Program-made: the position numbers and the translations under genes
NCBI GenBank assembly: GCA_037445735.1
Contig: JBBIJY010000002.1
Span: 32,001 to 96,000, forward strand
Source of the DNA: Armatimonadota bacterium
Lineage (GTDB): Bacteria > Armatimonadota > Fimbriimonadia > Fimbriimonadales > GBS-DC
Reading direction: 5' to 3'
DNA: 64,000 nt
Shown: in pieces, positions 1 through 9,452 of the stretch
Layout of the letters: every line of letters starts with the position of its first letter
Position numbering within the stretch: the stretch's first letter is position 1
Notes under the pieces: generated by a model
Seen by the model: only the letters and a program-made list of their open reading frames with translations
What the model was told of the DNA's origin: nothing
Database searches by the model: none

Positions 1-38
1 TGAGGGCAACGGGCGCGAGTCGGTATCATGAATACTGA

Positions 39-743
39 ATGGGGAACCATCCGACGCGCAAAGAGGCTCTCATCACGGTGATCGTGCCCGTCTATAACGA
101 GCGGGAGACGATCCAGGAGCTGTTGCAGCGGTTGCGCAACGCACCCTTCCGCAAGCAGATTATCGTGGTGGACGACTGCTCCAGCGACGGCACCAGCGAG
201 ATACTGGCGCAGGAGCCTGATATTGTGCATCTGCGCCTGCCGCAGAATGTGGGCAAGGGCGCCGCCATCCGCGCCGCGTTGCCCCACGCCGAAGGCGAGG
301 TCACCATCATTCAGGACGCCGATCTGGAGTATGATCCCGACGAAATCCCGAAGGTGGTGGAACCAATCCTTCAGGGCGAGACTGAAATCGCCTACGGCTG
401 TCGGTTCACACGCGGCTTGCCGAAGGGGATGCCGCTGCCCAACAAAATTGCGAACCTGATTCTGGCGTGGGCGGTGCGCCTGCTCTACCGCTACCCCCTG
501 CGCGACGAAGCCACCTGCTACAAAGCCTTCCGCACCGAGCTGTTGCGCTCGCTGAATCTTCGGTGTCAGCGGTTCGAGTTCTGCCCTGAGGTGACGGCGA
601 AGTCGCTCAAGCGCGGCTATAAGATTGTGGAGGTGCCCATCGAGCGGTATCGCCCCCGCACGCGCCAGCAGGGCAAGAAAATCCGCTGGACGGACGGCGT
701 CGAGGCGCTCTGGACGCTCATCAAATATCGCTTTCGCGATTAG
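39..743 (+). CDS. Glycosyltransferase family 2 (DPM1-like)
   Basis: VIVPVYNE, VDDCSSDGT, GKGAA, QDADLEYDP motifs; KKIRWTDG C-terminus. Confidence 0.9.
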   Translation: MGNHPTRKEALITVIVPVYNERETIQELLQRLRNAPFRKQIIVVDDCSSDGTSEILAQEPDIVHLRLPQNVGKGAAIRAALPHAEGEVTIIQDADLEYDPDEIPKVVEPILQGETEIAYGCRFTRGLPKGMPLPNKIANLILAWAVRLLYRYPLRDEATCYKAFRTELLRSLNLRCQRFEFCPEVTAKSLKRGYKIVEVPIERYRPRTRQQGKKIRWTDGVEALWTLIKYRFRD

Positions 744-1917
744 ACGCAAGGTGTTCCAGCACGCCTCTGACCACCGCTTTCGCCCGCTCCAGATTGGCAG
801 GGTTCACATTCGCCAGCACATCGGTCGTCCAGTGCCAGTTGGGAGGGATGCCGGGCGTCTGCTCGCACCAGAGCGCGATTGCGCGATAGCCCTTCATCAG
901 GAAGGGGAGCGCATCGGTGTACGCGCCGGGCGGCACCGCGCTGGGCTTGAGCGACCATTCGGGGTGCTGGCGTGCTAACTGCGCCATCAGGCGTGCGAGT
1001 TCGGGGTGCGCACGCTGGCGCGGGAGCATCGCTTCCGTTAGCAGGTAGCGTGGCTCCCCCAGCCCCACATGGTCCACAATCACAAAGGTGGCGTCGCGCA
1101 GTTGCAGTCCATATTCGCGTTCGAACGCGAACGCGCCTGCGGGCGTGCCCACCTCCTCGCACCCCGTGAACACGCCCCACACCTCCACATCCGCCAGCGG
1201 CTGTTGAGCCAGCTCCTTCAGCAGGCTCAACACGACCGCTACACCGGAGCCATTATCGTTCGCGCCCTGCACCCACGGCATCACCAGCTCGCGATGCAGT
1301 AGCACGACGATGCCCCACAGCGCGAGCAAGCTGCCTGGCGCCATCAGCCAGCGGGATAGCGCGATGCCTCGCTCGTTGCCCGTTAGCCCCCACACGAGGC
1401 AGAGCGCGCCAAGCCCGTGCAGCGTTAGCAGCAGGGTCTGAATCACGAAGCTCGTCCCGAAGTTGCGCACCAGTCTGGGATGCCACAGAAGCGTCGCGCG
1501 TTGTGTGTCGATGTGCGCCATCAGCACGACGGTGTGGGTTGCCTTCTGCCGGGCAGGCACAATCGCAATCAGGTTCGCGCTTTCGCGCTGGGGGAACAGG
1601 CGCATCACATCCCATTTGCCGCTGACCAGCCCCCAGTAGAGGGCGCAGGCGGTCAGACTCATCAGCGCGGCAAGCGCGTAAAGCCACCTGTTCTGCACAA
1701 GCCACACCATTCCGCCAGTTAGCGCAAACAGCAGGGAGACCGTGAGCCATGGCAGGGCAAGCGTCGGCACGCTCCGAAACGGCTGTTCAATCGTTTTGAC
1801 GCCCTGCGCCTGCAGATGGCGGGCGAGATACGCGCGTGCCTGATGCTCGCGCTCGGAGGTGGCAGGACGCGCCCCGATTGTCTCCACCAGCGCCTCAAGA
1901 TGGCGATAGGCTTCCAT
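721..1917 (-). CDS. Membrane-embedded M28 family metallopeptidase
   Basis: MAHIDT, GANDNGSG, GCEE and H motifs with interspersed hydrophobic segments. Confidence 0.8.
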   Translation of the reverse strand: MEAYRHLEALVETIGARPATSEREHQARAYLARHLQAQGVKTIEQPFRSVPTLALPWLTVSLLFALTGGMVWLVQNRWLYALAALMSLTACALYWGLVSGKWDVMRLFPQRESANLIAIVPARQKATHTVVLMAHIDTQRATLLWHPRLVRNFGTSFVIQTLLLTLHGLGALCLVWGLTGNERGIALSRWLMAPGSLLALWGIVVLLHRELVMPWVQGANDNGSGVAVVLSLLKELAQQPLADVEVWGVFTGCEEVGTPAGAFAFEREYGLQLRDATFVIVDHVGLGEPRYLLTEAMLPRQRAHPELARLMAQLARQHPEWSLKPSAVPPGAYTDALPFLMKGYRAIALWCEQTPGIPPNWHWTTDVLANVNPANLERAKAVVRGVLEHLASNRESDI

Positions 1918-3820
1918 CGGTCAGCTGTCGCACGGTGCGGGCGATCGCTGCTGCGTCGATACCGCAGGCAGCGAGCAGCTCTTCTGGCTTGCCCGAACGG
2001 GGCAACTCACGCACGGCTAACGCATGCACGCGAACGCCAGTCCCCTGTAATGCCATCGCCACCGCCTCGCCAATCCCGCCCTGCGGGTAGTGATCCTCAA
2101 CCGTGATGATTAACCCGTTCGTCTCCTGTCCACAGCGAACGAGGGTGTCGGCATCGAGGGGCTTGACCGAGTAGAGATCGATCACGCGGATGGGGATGCC
2201 CTCCACCTGCAACTGCTCATACGCTTTGAGCGCCTCGTGCAGAGTGATGCCCGCCGCGACCACTGTCGCCACATCGCGCGGGCTGGAGCGCAGAATCTTG
2301 CAGCCGCCAATCGGGAACTCCTCATCGTGGCTGTAGATGACGGGCGTTTTGGGGCGCGTGGTGCGCAGGTAGGCGATACCCCAATAGCAAGCCATTTCGC
2401 GCACCAGCTTCACCGTCGCGACCGCATCGGCAGGGTACAGCACCACCGAGTCGGGGATGGTGCGCATCATTGCGATGTCTTCCAGTCCCATTTGCGAGGG
2501 TCCATCCTCGCCGATGGAGACACCCGCGTGCGAGCCGCACAGCTTGATATTCGCCCGCCCGATGCCCGCCATGCGAATGAAGTCAAACGCGCGGGTGAGG
2601 AAGCAGGCGAAGGAGGAAGTGAATGGGATTTTGCCCGTTTCGGCAAGCCCCACCGCCGCGCCCACCATATTCTGCTCGGCGATAAAGCACTCCACAAACC
2701 GCTCCGGGAAAGCCTGCGCGAACTTTTCAGCGAAGGTGGAATTCTTCACATCGCCGTCCAGCGCGTAGATGAACGGGCTTGATCTGCCCAGAGCGACGAG
2801 CGCATCGCCATACGCCTCGCGTGTGGCGACCATCTGCCCCAGCGTGTAGGTGGGAAGGACGGCTGCTGTTTCCTCACGGAGTGGTGAGTCCCTCTCCCCC
2901 TCTGGGGGCGAGGGTATGGGTGAGGGAGTTGCAGGCTGAGATTCAATCTGCGGAGGCAAGGGGCGCAGGGCGGCAGCGCGGGCAATCTGGTCGGGCGTGG
3001 GCGTCAGCGCGGCAATCGCCTGCTCCGCTAAATCGGCGGGCAGCGGCTTGCCATGCCAGCCGTCACGGTTTTCTACTGCCGGCACACCTTTGCCCTTCAG
3101 CGTGCGTGCCAGGATCACCGCGGGGCGATCCGACTGCCGTGCCTGCTCAAAAGCGTTCAAAATCTGCTCATAATCGTGCCCGTCGATGGGCAGCGTTGTC
3201 CAGCCGAATGCTTCGAATCGTCGGGCGTAGGTCGCCAGATCGTGCTGGAGCATTGTGGGCTGGCTCTGACCGAGCCGATTGATGTCCACCATCGCGACGA
3301 GGTTATTCAGGTTATAGTAGCTGGCGAAGGCGGCGGCTTCCCACACGGCGCCCTCTGCGGTTTCACCGTCGCCCATCAGGCAGTAGACCCGTGCGGGGTT
3401 GTTGTCCCGCTTGAGCGCGAGCGCGATGCCCGCCGCAATCGACAGCCCCTGCCCCAGCGAGCCAGTCGCGACGGGATGCCACACAAAGCGCGGCGTCGGA
3501 TGACCCTCCAGCTCGCTATCGAACTGGCGCAGGGTGTCCAGATGCTCCACCGGGAACGCGCCCGCCTCCGCCCATGCCGCATACAGCAGCGGCGCCGCGT
3601 GTCCCTTCGAGAAAATCACCCGGTCGTTGAGCGGGTTGCGCGGGTGGGTGAGGTCCACACGCAACACCCGAAAGAACAGCACCGCCACCAGGTCCGCCGC
3701 CGAGAGACAGGTGGTGGGATGTCCCGATCCTGCCTTTGTGGTCATCCGAATCGAATGCACGCGCAAAAGGTTCGCCTTCGTCTGCAGCGCCTCCCTGATC
3801 TCCGCTGTCATCGCCGTCAT
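1895..3820 (-). CDS. tkt: Transketolase; in-frame palindromic repeat in the interdomain linker
   Basis: SGHP, SKGHAAP, GSLGQG, GDGE, IAEQNM, GEDGPSQ motifs; start moved to ATG 3820 (or 3811), TATACT upstream. Confidence 0.93.
   Translation of the reverse strand: MTAMTAEIREALQTKANLLRVHSIRMTTKAGSGHPTTCLSAADLVAVLFFRVLRVDLTHPRNPLNDRVIFSKGHAAPLLYAAWAEAGAFPVEHLDTLRQFDSELEGHPTPRFVWHPVATGSLGQGLSIAAGIALALKRDNNPARVYCLMGDGETAEGAVWEAAAFASYYNLNNLVAMVDINRLGQSQPTMLQHDLATYARRFEAFGWTTLPIDGHDYEQILNAFEQARQSDRPAVILARTLKGKGVPAVENRDGWHGKPLPADLAEQAIAALTPTPDQIARAAALRPLPPQIESQPATPSPIPSPPEGERDSPLREETAAVLPTYTLGQMVATREAYGDALVALGRSSPFIYALDGDVKNSTFAEKFAQAFPERFVECFIAEQNMVGAAVGLAETGKIPFTSSFACFLTRAFDFIRMAGIGRANIKLCGSHAGVSIGEDGPSQMGLEDIAMMRTIPDSVVLYPADAVATVKLVREMACYWGIAYLRTTRPKTPVIYSHDEEFPIGGCKILRSSPRDVATVVAAGITLHEALKAYEQLQVEGIPIRVIDLYSVKPLDADTLVRCGQETNGLIITVEDHYPQGGIGEAVAMALQGTGVRVHALAVRELPRSGKPEELLAACGIDAAAIARTVRQLTDGSLSPS
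2890..2926. repeat. boxC-like palindromic element inside tkt (encodes PSPIPSPPEGER)
   Basis: CCCTCTCCCCCTCTGGGGGCGAGGGTATGGGTGAGGG matches intergenic copies at 31.3, 38.5-38.8 and 43.3 kb. Confidence 0.85.
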
Positions 3821-3854
3821 TCCTGATGGCTGGAGTATACCCGCAGGCGTCGTT

Positions 3855-3882
3855 GCAGGGGCGCACAGCCGTGCGCCCCTGC
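3855..3882. repeat. REP-like perfect palindrome (12-bp stem), possible terminator between pepV and tkt
   Basis: GCAGGGGCGCAC-AGCC-GTGCGCCCCTGC. Confidence 0.7.
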
Positions 3883-3900
3883 CCATCCATGCGCCCTCAC

Positions 3901-5271
3901 TCACTCCAGATTCGCCAGCTCTTCGAAGATGCGGGCATAAATGCGCACCAGCGTCTTGAGGCTCTCGATGGCGATGCGTTCGTCGGGTTCGTGTGCGTTG
4001 CCATCGCCTTCGAAGCCTGCGCCGATTGCCACCAGGTTCGGCATCACGCGCGCGTAGGTGCCACCACCCATCGTGGCGGGCTGGCTCTCCAGATCGCCCG
4101 TCTCCTCACGATAGACGCGCAACAGCACCTGCAGGAAGGGCGTGTCCAGCGGCACATAGAGTGGCGGCGTGTGGCGCACCTCCGTCAGCTGAAAGCCTGT
4201 GCGCCCCAGTGTCGGCAGCAGTCGCTCCTTCAGCGCGTCGATGCTCCATGTGACGGGATAGCGGATATTGAACACGCAGAGCACGCGGGCGCCATCATAC
4301 TCAAACACGCCCAGGTTGCTGGTGAGCGCGCCCGACACTTCGTCGCTGTGGTCGATGCCGAGCGCGGCGCCATCCAGCGAGCGTGCCCATTCCAGCACAG
4401 TGTCCAGCCACAACTCGTTATCGGGCAGGTTCAGCGGCTGGAGCGCCTCCAGCAGGCGGGCGACGGCGTTAATGCCCGCTTCGGGACGACTTCCGTGCGC
4501 TGCCTTGCCGCGCGCAATCAGCTTCCAGCCGCTGGCATCGGGCTGCCATTCCGCGCCTTCGGGCAGAGGATATGCAGGCTGCAGAGCGCAGTTGACCACC
4601 GCTTCGGCGTAGTCGGGCACCATATTGTGTCGTTCGCCGCCGCGCGCCCACAGAATGCGTGTAAGGGAGGGCGCTGACTCCACCTGCTTCTCCAGAAAGA
4701 GGTTGGCGATTCCCTTCTCGCCGTAGATAAAGGGCCAGCCGGCGTCGGGGCTGACCCCCCACACGGGTCGCTCCGACTCGTGCGCCAGATAGTACTGCAT
4801 GCACTCCCAGCGGCTCTCTTCATCGCAGCCGATGATCAGGCGCACGCGCCGTTTCAGGGGCACATTCAGCTCGTTGAGCGCACGGAGGGCATAGATGCTG
4901 GCAAGCGTGGCGCCCTTGTCGTCGGTGGCGCCCCGCGCGTAGATGTAGCCGTCTTCGATGACCGCGCCGAACGGCGGTTTCGTCCAGCCCTTGCCAGCGG
5001 GCACCACATCGATATGGCTGAGCGAGGCAATCATTTCGCTGCCCGCGCCGATCTCCAGGTCGCACGCATAGCCGTCGAAGTCGCGCGGGCGCAGCCCAAA
5101 CTGTTGCCCCATCTCCAGCACAATATCGAGCGCGTCGCGCACGCCTCTGCCAAAGGGTGCGTTCGGTGCTGGCTCCGCGCGCACGCTCTCTGCCCGCAAC
5201 AACCGCTGAAAATCGGCAATCATCGGCTCTGTGTGAGCCTCAATCCAGTCCATCAATCGCTCGCGATCCAT
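3901..5271 (-). CDS. pepV: M20 family dipeptidase (PepV/Sapep-like)
   Basis: HIDVVP, RGATDDKG, CDEE, GGGTYAR, AHEPDE; start moved to ATG 5271. Confidence 0.85.
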   Translation of the reverse strand: MDRERLMDWIEAHTEPMIADFQRLLRAESVRAEPAPNAPFGRGVRDALDIVLEMGQQFGLRPRDFDGYACDLEIGAGSEMIASLSHIDVVPAGKGWTKPPFGAVIEDGYIYARGATDDKGATLASIYALRALNELNVPLKRRVRLIIGCDEESRWECMQYYLAHESERPVWGVSPDAGWPFIYGEKGIANLFLEKQVESAPSLTRILWARGGERHNMVPDYAEAVVNCALQPAYPLPEGAEWQPDASGWKLIARGKAAHGSRPEAGINAVARLLEALQPLNLPDNELWLDTVLEWARSLDGAALGIDHSDEVSGALTSNLGVFEYDGARVLCVFNIRYPVTWSIDALKERLLPTLGRTGFQLTEVRHTPPLYVPLDTPFLQVLLRVYREETGDLESQPATMGGGTYARVMPNLVAIGAGFEGDGNAHEPDERIAIESLKTLVRIYARIFEELANLE

Positions 5272-5323
5272 CAGGCTGAATCGATTCGGCGCACAGCAGC
5301 TGCTTTCCTGTCCGATGCGCTGA

Positions 5324-5348
5324 TAAGGGCGCGGTGACCACGCCCTTA
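5324..5348. terminator. Stem-loop after the 5349-5933 gene (REP-like)
   Basis: TAAGGGCG-CGGTGACCA-CGCCCTTA inverted repeat. Confidence 0.5.
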
Positions 5349-5933
5349 CTAACCCAGCAGAGCGTGCCAGTAGCCATGCAAGCGGCAGAGCCACTCGCGG
5401 CAGCGCTGGTGCAGCTCCGCTTGCAGACGCGCAGGGTCTTCCGGCGAACGCTCGCCCACAAGCGACATCTGCTCAGCCATTGCATAAAGCAGGGTACGCA
5501 GTTCAGGCGCGACCATCGCCAGCTCTTTGCAGAGAGGGTGCAGCACACGCTCCAGCCCAAGTGCGCTCTGCTGTCCTTCCAGAAAGCGCATGAGCTGCTG
5601 ATGGAGTTCCATAACGAACTGCAGTCGCTGAAGCAGCTTTTTGGAAGGCTTATCGGGTTCAGCAAGGTAGCAGCGCAGGCGTAGAACGCGCTCACGAAAC
5701 TGCTCTTCATCCAGATTAGCGCTCTCTTCACCAAGACCTGCCCACTCCAGAAAGGGCTTTAGCTGCGAATCGCGCATCTGGACAATCGCCTCTTCAACCT
5801 TCGACCGATCGACCATCCATCCCGGCAGGAGCAAATAAGCATCGAGAAGCGCTTCAAGCTCCCGTCCCCTGTCGACGCAATACGGACACCGGTGATCCCA
5901 CCAGAACATCAAAGGTGCTTCGATCACCACCAC
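5349..5933 (-). CDS. Hypothetical protein with N-terminal CxxC
   Basis: 194-aa ORF filling the pepV-dacB gap; TAAAAT box just upstream, so the true start may be GTG 5927. Confidence 0.6.
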   Translation of the reverse strand: MVVIEAPLMFWWDHRCPYCVDRGRELEALLDAYLLLPGWMVDRSKVEEAIVQMRDSQLKPFLEWAGLGEESANLDEEQFRERVLRLRCYLAEPDKPSKKLLQRLQFVMELHQQLMRFLEGQQSALGLERVLHPLCKELAMVAPELRTLLYAMAEQMSLVGERSPEDPARLQAELHQRCREWLCRLHGYWHALLG

Positions 5934-6004
5934 TATTTTACCCCACCCGGAACACCGTCCATTGAAGGCAGGAATAACTATTGTCAGGTACGAAACAGCC
6001 TTCC

Positions 6005-7426
6005 ATGCGACGCCAGTGGATACTGCTGATGCTCTGGTTTTGCTGGGGGCTGGGGCTGGCGCAGCAGCCCGGTCTTCAGCAGGAAATGGATCGACTGTTG
6101 AGCGTCGAATGGCTGAAGTACGGCTTCTGCGGGATTGTGGTTCGCGACCTGCGCACGGGCGAGACGCTCTACCAGCGCGAGTCGGAACGGCTGCTGATTC
6201 CCGCCTCCTGCACCAAGCTCGTCACGACCGCCGCCGCGCTCCAGCTGCTGGGCGCCGACTATCGCTATCGTACACAGGTGTGTATGCGCGGGCGGCTGGA
6301 AACAGACGGTACGCTGAAGGGCGATCTGGTTCTGCGAGGTGGAGGCGACGCCACACTGACCCTCAACGACCTGAAGCAACTGGCGCAGAAGGTGCGCGCG
6401 GCAGGCGTGCAACGGGTGGAAGGGCTGCTGCTGTACGACGACTCGTGGCTGGATGCCGAGCGCTACGGCTTCGGCTGGAACATCGATGATGAGCCGTTCG
6501 GGTATCAGGCGCAGATGAGCGCGCTCTGCGTGGAGCGCAACGCGGTGCGCCTCTATGCCCGCCCTGCCCGCCAGCTGGGCGAGCCGTCCCAGCTTCGGCT
6601 CGACCCGCCCACCGACTATGTGCAGGTGGTGAACCTGACCCGAACGACCGAGCGCGGCTCGCCTGCACGCCTTTCGGCAACACGCCTGCACGCGCTCAAT
6701 CGGCTGATTGTGTCGGGCACCATCCCGCTCGGCTCCGATGAGGTGCTGATCGGGCGCTACTCGGTGGAGAACCCCTCCCGATTCACAGCGGTGCTGTTTC
6801 GGGATACGCTGCACGAGGCGGGAGTGGTGATTTCGAACCGAATCGCGCCCCTTTTGAATGCCGACCCATCCGCCGAGCAGCTGATTGCCGAACAGCTGTC
6901 GCCCCCGATGCGCGAAATCGTTGCGCTCATCAACAAGCCGAGTGATAACCTGTTAGCCGAGACGGTGCTGAAGACGATCGGGCGCGAGAGGCGCGGGCGC
7001 GGCACGACCGATGCCGGGCTGGAAGCCGTGCGCGAGTTTCTTCAGCAGGCGGGGCTGGAGATGGACGCGGTGAATATTGTGGATGGCTCCGGGCTGTCGC
7101 GCATCAATGGCATCAGCGCGGAGAACCTCGTGCGCCTGCTGACCTTTATGGCACGCTCACCGAACGCCGAAGCCTTCCGTGCCTCGTTGCCCGTGTACGG
7201 CGTCGATGGCACCCTTCGCAACCGCCTGCGCGACACACCCGTGCAGGGCAACGCCTTCGCCAAAACAGGCAGCCTCTATCGCGTCAGCACCATCGCGGGC
7301 TATCTCAGAACCCGCAGCGGGCGCGAGCTGGTGTTCGCCATCCTGATGAACAACTACACCGCCTCCGGCAGCGACGCACGCAACCTGCAGGATCAGATTG
7401 TGCGCCTGCTGTGGGAGCGACTCTGA
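6005..7426 (+). CDS. dacB: D-alanyl-D-alanine carboxypeptidase/endopeptidase (PBP4, S13)
   Basis: Signal peptide; PASCTK (SxxK), SDN, DGSGLSR, KTG motifs. Confidence 0.92.
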   Translation: MRRQWILLMLWFCWGLGLAQQPGLQQEMDRLLSVEWLKYGFCGIVVRDLRTGETLYQRESERLLIPASCTKLVTTAAALQLLGADYRYRTQVCMRGRLETDGTLKGDLVLRGGGDATLTLNDLKQLAQKVRAAGVQRVEGLLLYDDSWLDAERYGFGWNIDDEPFGYQAQMSALCVERNAVRLYARPARQLGEPSQLRLDPPTDYVQVVNLTRTTERGSPARLSATRLHALNRLIVSGTIPLGSDEVLIGRYSVENPSRFTAVLFRDTLHEAGVVISNRIAPLLNADPSAEQLIAEQLSPPMREIVALINKPSDNLLAETVLKTIGRERRGRGTTDAGLEAVREFLQQAGLEMDAVNIVDGSGLSRINGISAENLVRLLTFMARSPNAEAFRASLPVYGVDGTLRNRLRDTPVQGNAFAKTGSLYRVSTIAGYLRTRSGRELVFAILMNNYTASGSDARNLQDQIVRLLWERL

Positions 7427-7495
7427 AGCGATTGGGACTAAAGTCCTATCATGGGCGTGCCGCGCCTTCGTATAATACTGCGGAGGTGCATTTCC

Positions 7496-9424
7496 ATGGC
7501 ACGCTCTGAACAGACCGATGAAGTATTGAATGAGCTGGAGCAGATTAAGAGTTTGCTCGGCGCGTTGAGTCAGGTCGTGATTCGGCTGGAGTCGCGCCTG
7601 AGGCAGGCGGCACAGGCTTCCCCTGAGCCGATGCGTGCTGAGTCGGCGGAAGTTCCGCCCGCCCCGGAGCCGATTCTGCCGCCTCCGCCTGAAGTGCCGC
7701 CCTCGCCCGAAGTGCCCCCTGCGCCTGAAGTGCCGCCTGTTTCGGCGCCCGAATCGGCGCCATCGGCACAGCCCGCGGCAGGCGCGAGGCGACCGCCATC
7801 CCCGCCCCCATCACCCGCGCGACCCTTCGCCTTTGAGGAGGACGCGATGGCGCGCGAGCTGGAGCAGACGCTCGGCGGTCAAATCGCGCTCTGGATTGGC
7901 GTCGCGCTGCTCTTTCTGGCGTCGGTTTTCTTCCTGAGCTGGGCGTGGACGAAGTTGGGACCGTGGGCGCGACTGGCGGTGGGCTACGCGGGCGGGCTGG
8001 CGCTCGTCGAACTTGGCTGGCTCTCGCGCCGACGCTCCGCTGGCTGGTTCGTGGACGGCGCGATTGCCGCCGGGCTGGCGATTCTCTATCTGACGACCTG
8101 GGCGGGCTTGCAACGCTACGGCGTGATGCGCTTCGAGCTGGCGTTCGCGCTGATGGTGGCGACCACCGCGCTCGGCATGGGGCTGGCGGTCGGACGCAAC
8201 TCGCAACTGCTGGCGACGCTCGCCGTCGCGGGCGGTTTTCTGACCCCGATAGTGCTGCAATCGGAGGGTGGCGCGGGCAAGCCGCTCGGTTTCTTCACCT
8301 ATCTCGCGGTGCTGAACGCAGGGCTGCTCGCCGTCGCCGCGCGCAACCGCTGGGAAGTTCAGCGATGGCTCTGCCTGATTGCCACCTGGCTGCTGCTGAT
8401 GGGCTGGGCGGCTGATAACTTCAACGACTCGGTGCGTCGCATGGTGTTCGGCTTCCTCACCCTCTATTACGCGCTGTTTCTGCTCACTGTGCTGGTGCGC
8501 GTGTTCGGTCAGCGTCAGCCTGCGACGGAGAGCGACATCGCTTTTCTGTCGTTTGCGACCCTGCTCTATGTGCCCGCGGGTCAGGGCGCGATTGCGCCCC
8601 TGCTGGGCGATTATCCGGGGCTGTTCCTGATGGGGCTGGGCGCGGTCTATCTGCTGCTGGCGTGGGTGGTGTTCCGGCTGGTGCCTGCGGATGAGATTCT
8701 CATGGGCGGGTTTGCCACGCTCGGCATCGTGCTGCTGACGATTGCCATCCCGGTGCAGTTCCGCACGCCTGTCGCCGCGCCGCTATGGAACCTTGAGGCG
8801 ATGCTGCTGGTCGCGCTGGGGCTTGGGTACGGCAGCCGCCTGCTGTACGGGCTTGGACTGGGGCTGTGGGTGCTGGCGTCGCTGCGCACGCTGGTCGCGC
8901 TCAGCGAGCCGCCGCATCTGGAGCGGATCCTCTTCAACGAGCGCGGCGTCGCCCTGCTCACATGGACACTGGGCATGATGGTGAACGCGCTGATGGCACG
9001 CGCGAATGCCCTTCAGCAAGCCGATTCACCACTGGATCGTCTTTTCCCGCGCGACGCGCTCGGCATCCTGACAGGGCTGGCGGCGCTGTTCGGCGCGGTC
9101 GGGCTGGTCACGATGGAGACCTACTACTACTTTGAGCTGATTAATCGTCCCGATAGCCCGCTGGCGCCGATGCTGGTGTCGCTGGAGTGGACGCTGTTAG
9201 GCGTGCTGCTGCTAACAGGCGGCGTGCTGAACCGTTCGCGCGGCATGCGCCTGCTGGGGCTGGCGATGCTCACCGTCACCGCCTTCAAGCTCTTCCTGTT
9301 CGATCTGGGCTTTCTGGAGATGCCCTATCGCACCTTCACCTTCGCGGGGCTGGGCATCACGCTGCTGATTGTGTCGTGGCTCTACAGTCGCTACGGCACA
9401 GCCGCCGCCGAACAGTCGCAGTGA
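7496..9424 (+). CDS. DUF2339-like polytopic membrane protein with Pro-rich N-terminal linker
   Basis: ELEQTLGGQIALWIG motif, many TM segments, KLFLFDL end; TATAAT 7471-7476 and GGAGG RBS. Confidence 0.75.
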   Translation: MARSEQTDEVLNELEQIKSLLGALSQVVIRLESRLRQAAQASPEPMRAESAEVPPAPEPILPPPPEVPPSPEVPPAPEVPPVSAPESAPSAQPAAGARRPPSPPPSPARPFAFEEDAMARELEQTLGGQIALWIGVALLFLASVFFLSWAWTKLGPWARLAVGYAGGLALVELGWLSRRRSAGWFVDGAIAAGLAILYLTTWAGLQRYGVMRFELAFALMVATTALGMGLAVGRNSQLLATLAVAGGFLTPIVLQSEGGAGKPLGFFTYLAVLNAGLLAVAARNRWEVQRWLCLIATWLLLMGWAADNFNDSVRRMVFGFLTLYYALFLLTVLVRVFGQRQPATESDIAFLSFATLLYVPAGQGAIAPLLGDYPGLFLMGLGAVYLLLAWVVFRLVPADEILMGGFATLGIVLLTIAIPVQFRTPVAAPLWNLEAMLLVALGLGYGSRLLYGLGLGLWVLASLRTLVALSEPPHLERILFNERGVALLTWTLGMMVNALMARANALQQADSPLDRLFPRDALGILTGLAALFGAVGLVTMETYYYFELINRPDSPLAPMLVSLEWTLLGVLLLTGGVLNRSRGMRLLGLAMLTVTAFKLFLFDLGFLEMPYRTFTFAGLGITLLIVSWLYSRYGTAAAEQSQ

Positions 9425-9452
9425 GTAAAATAGAGCGCGGGAGGTGGAATGA

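Noticed and set aside
7640-7820. EVPPxP tandem repeats in the DUF2339-like gene
   Set aside because: Ordinary low-complexity Pro-rich linker, unrelated to the palindromic families.
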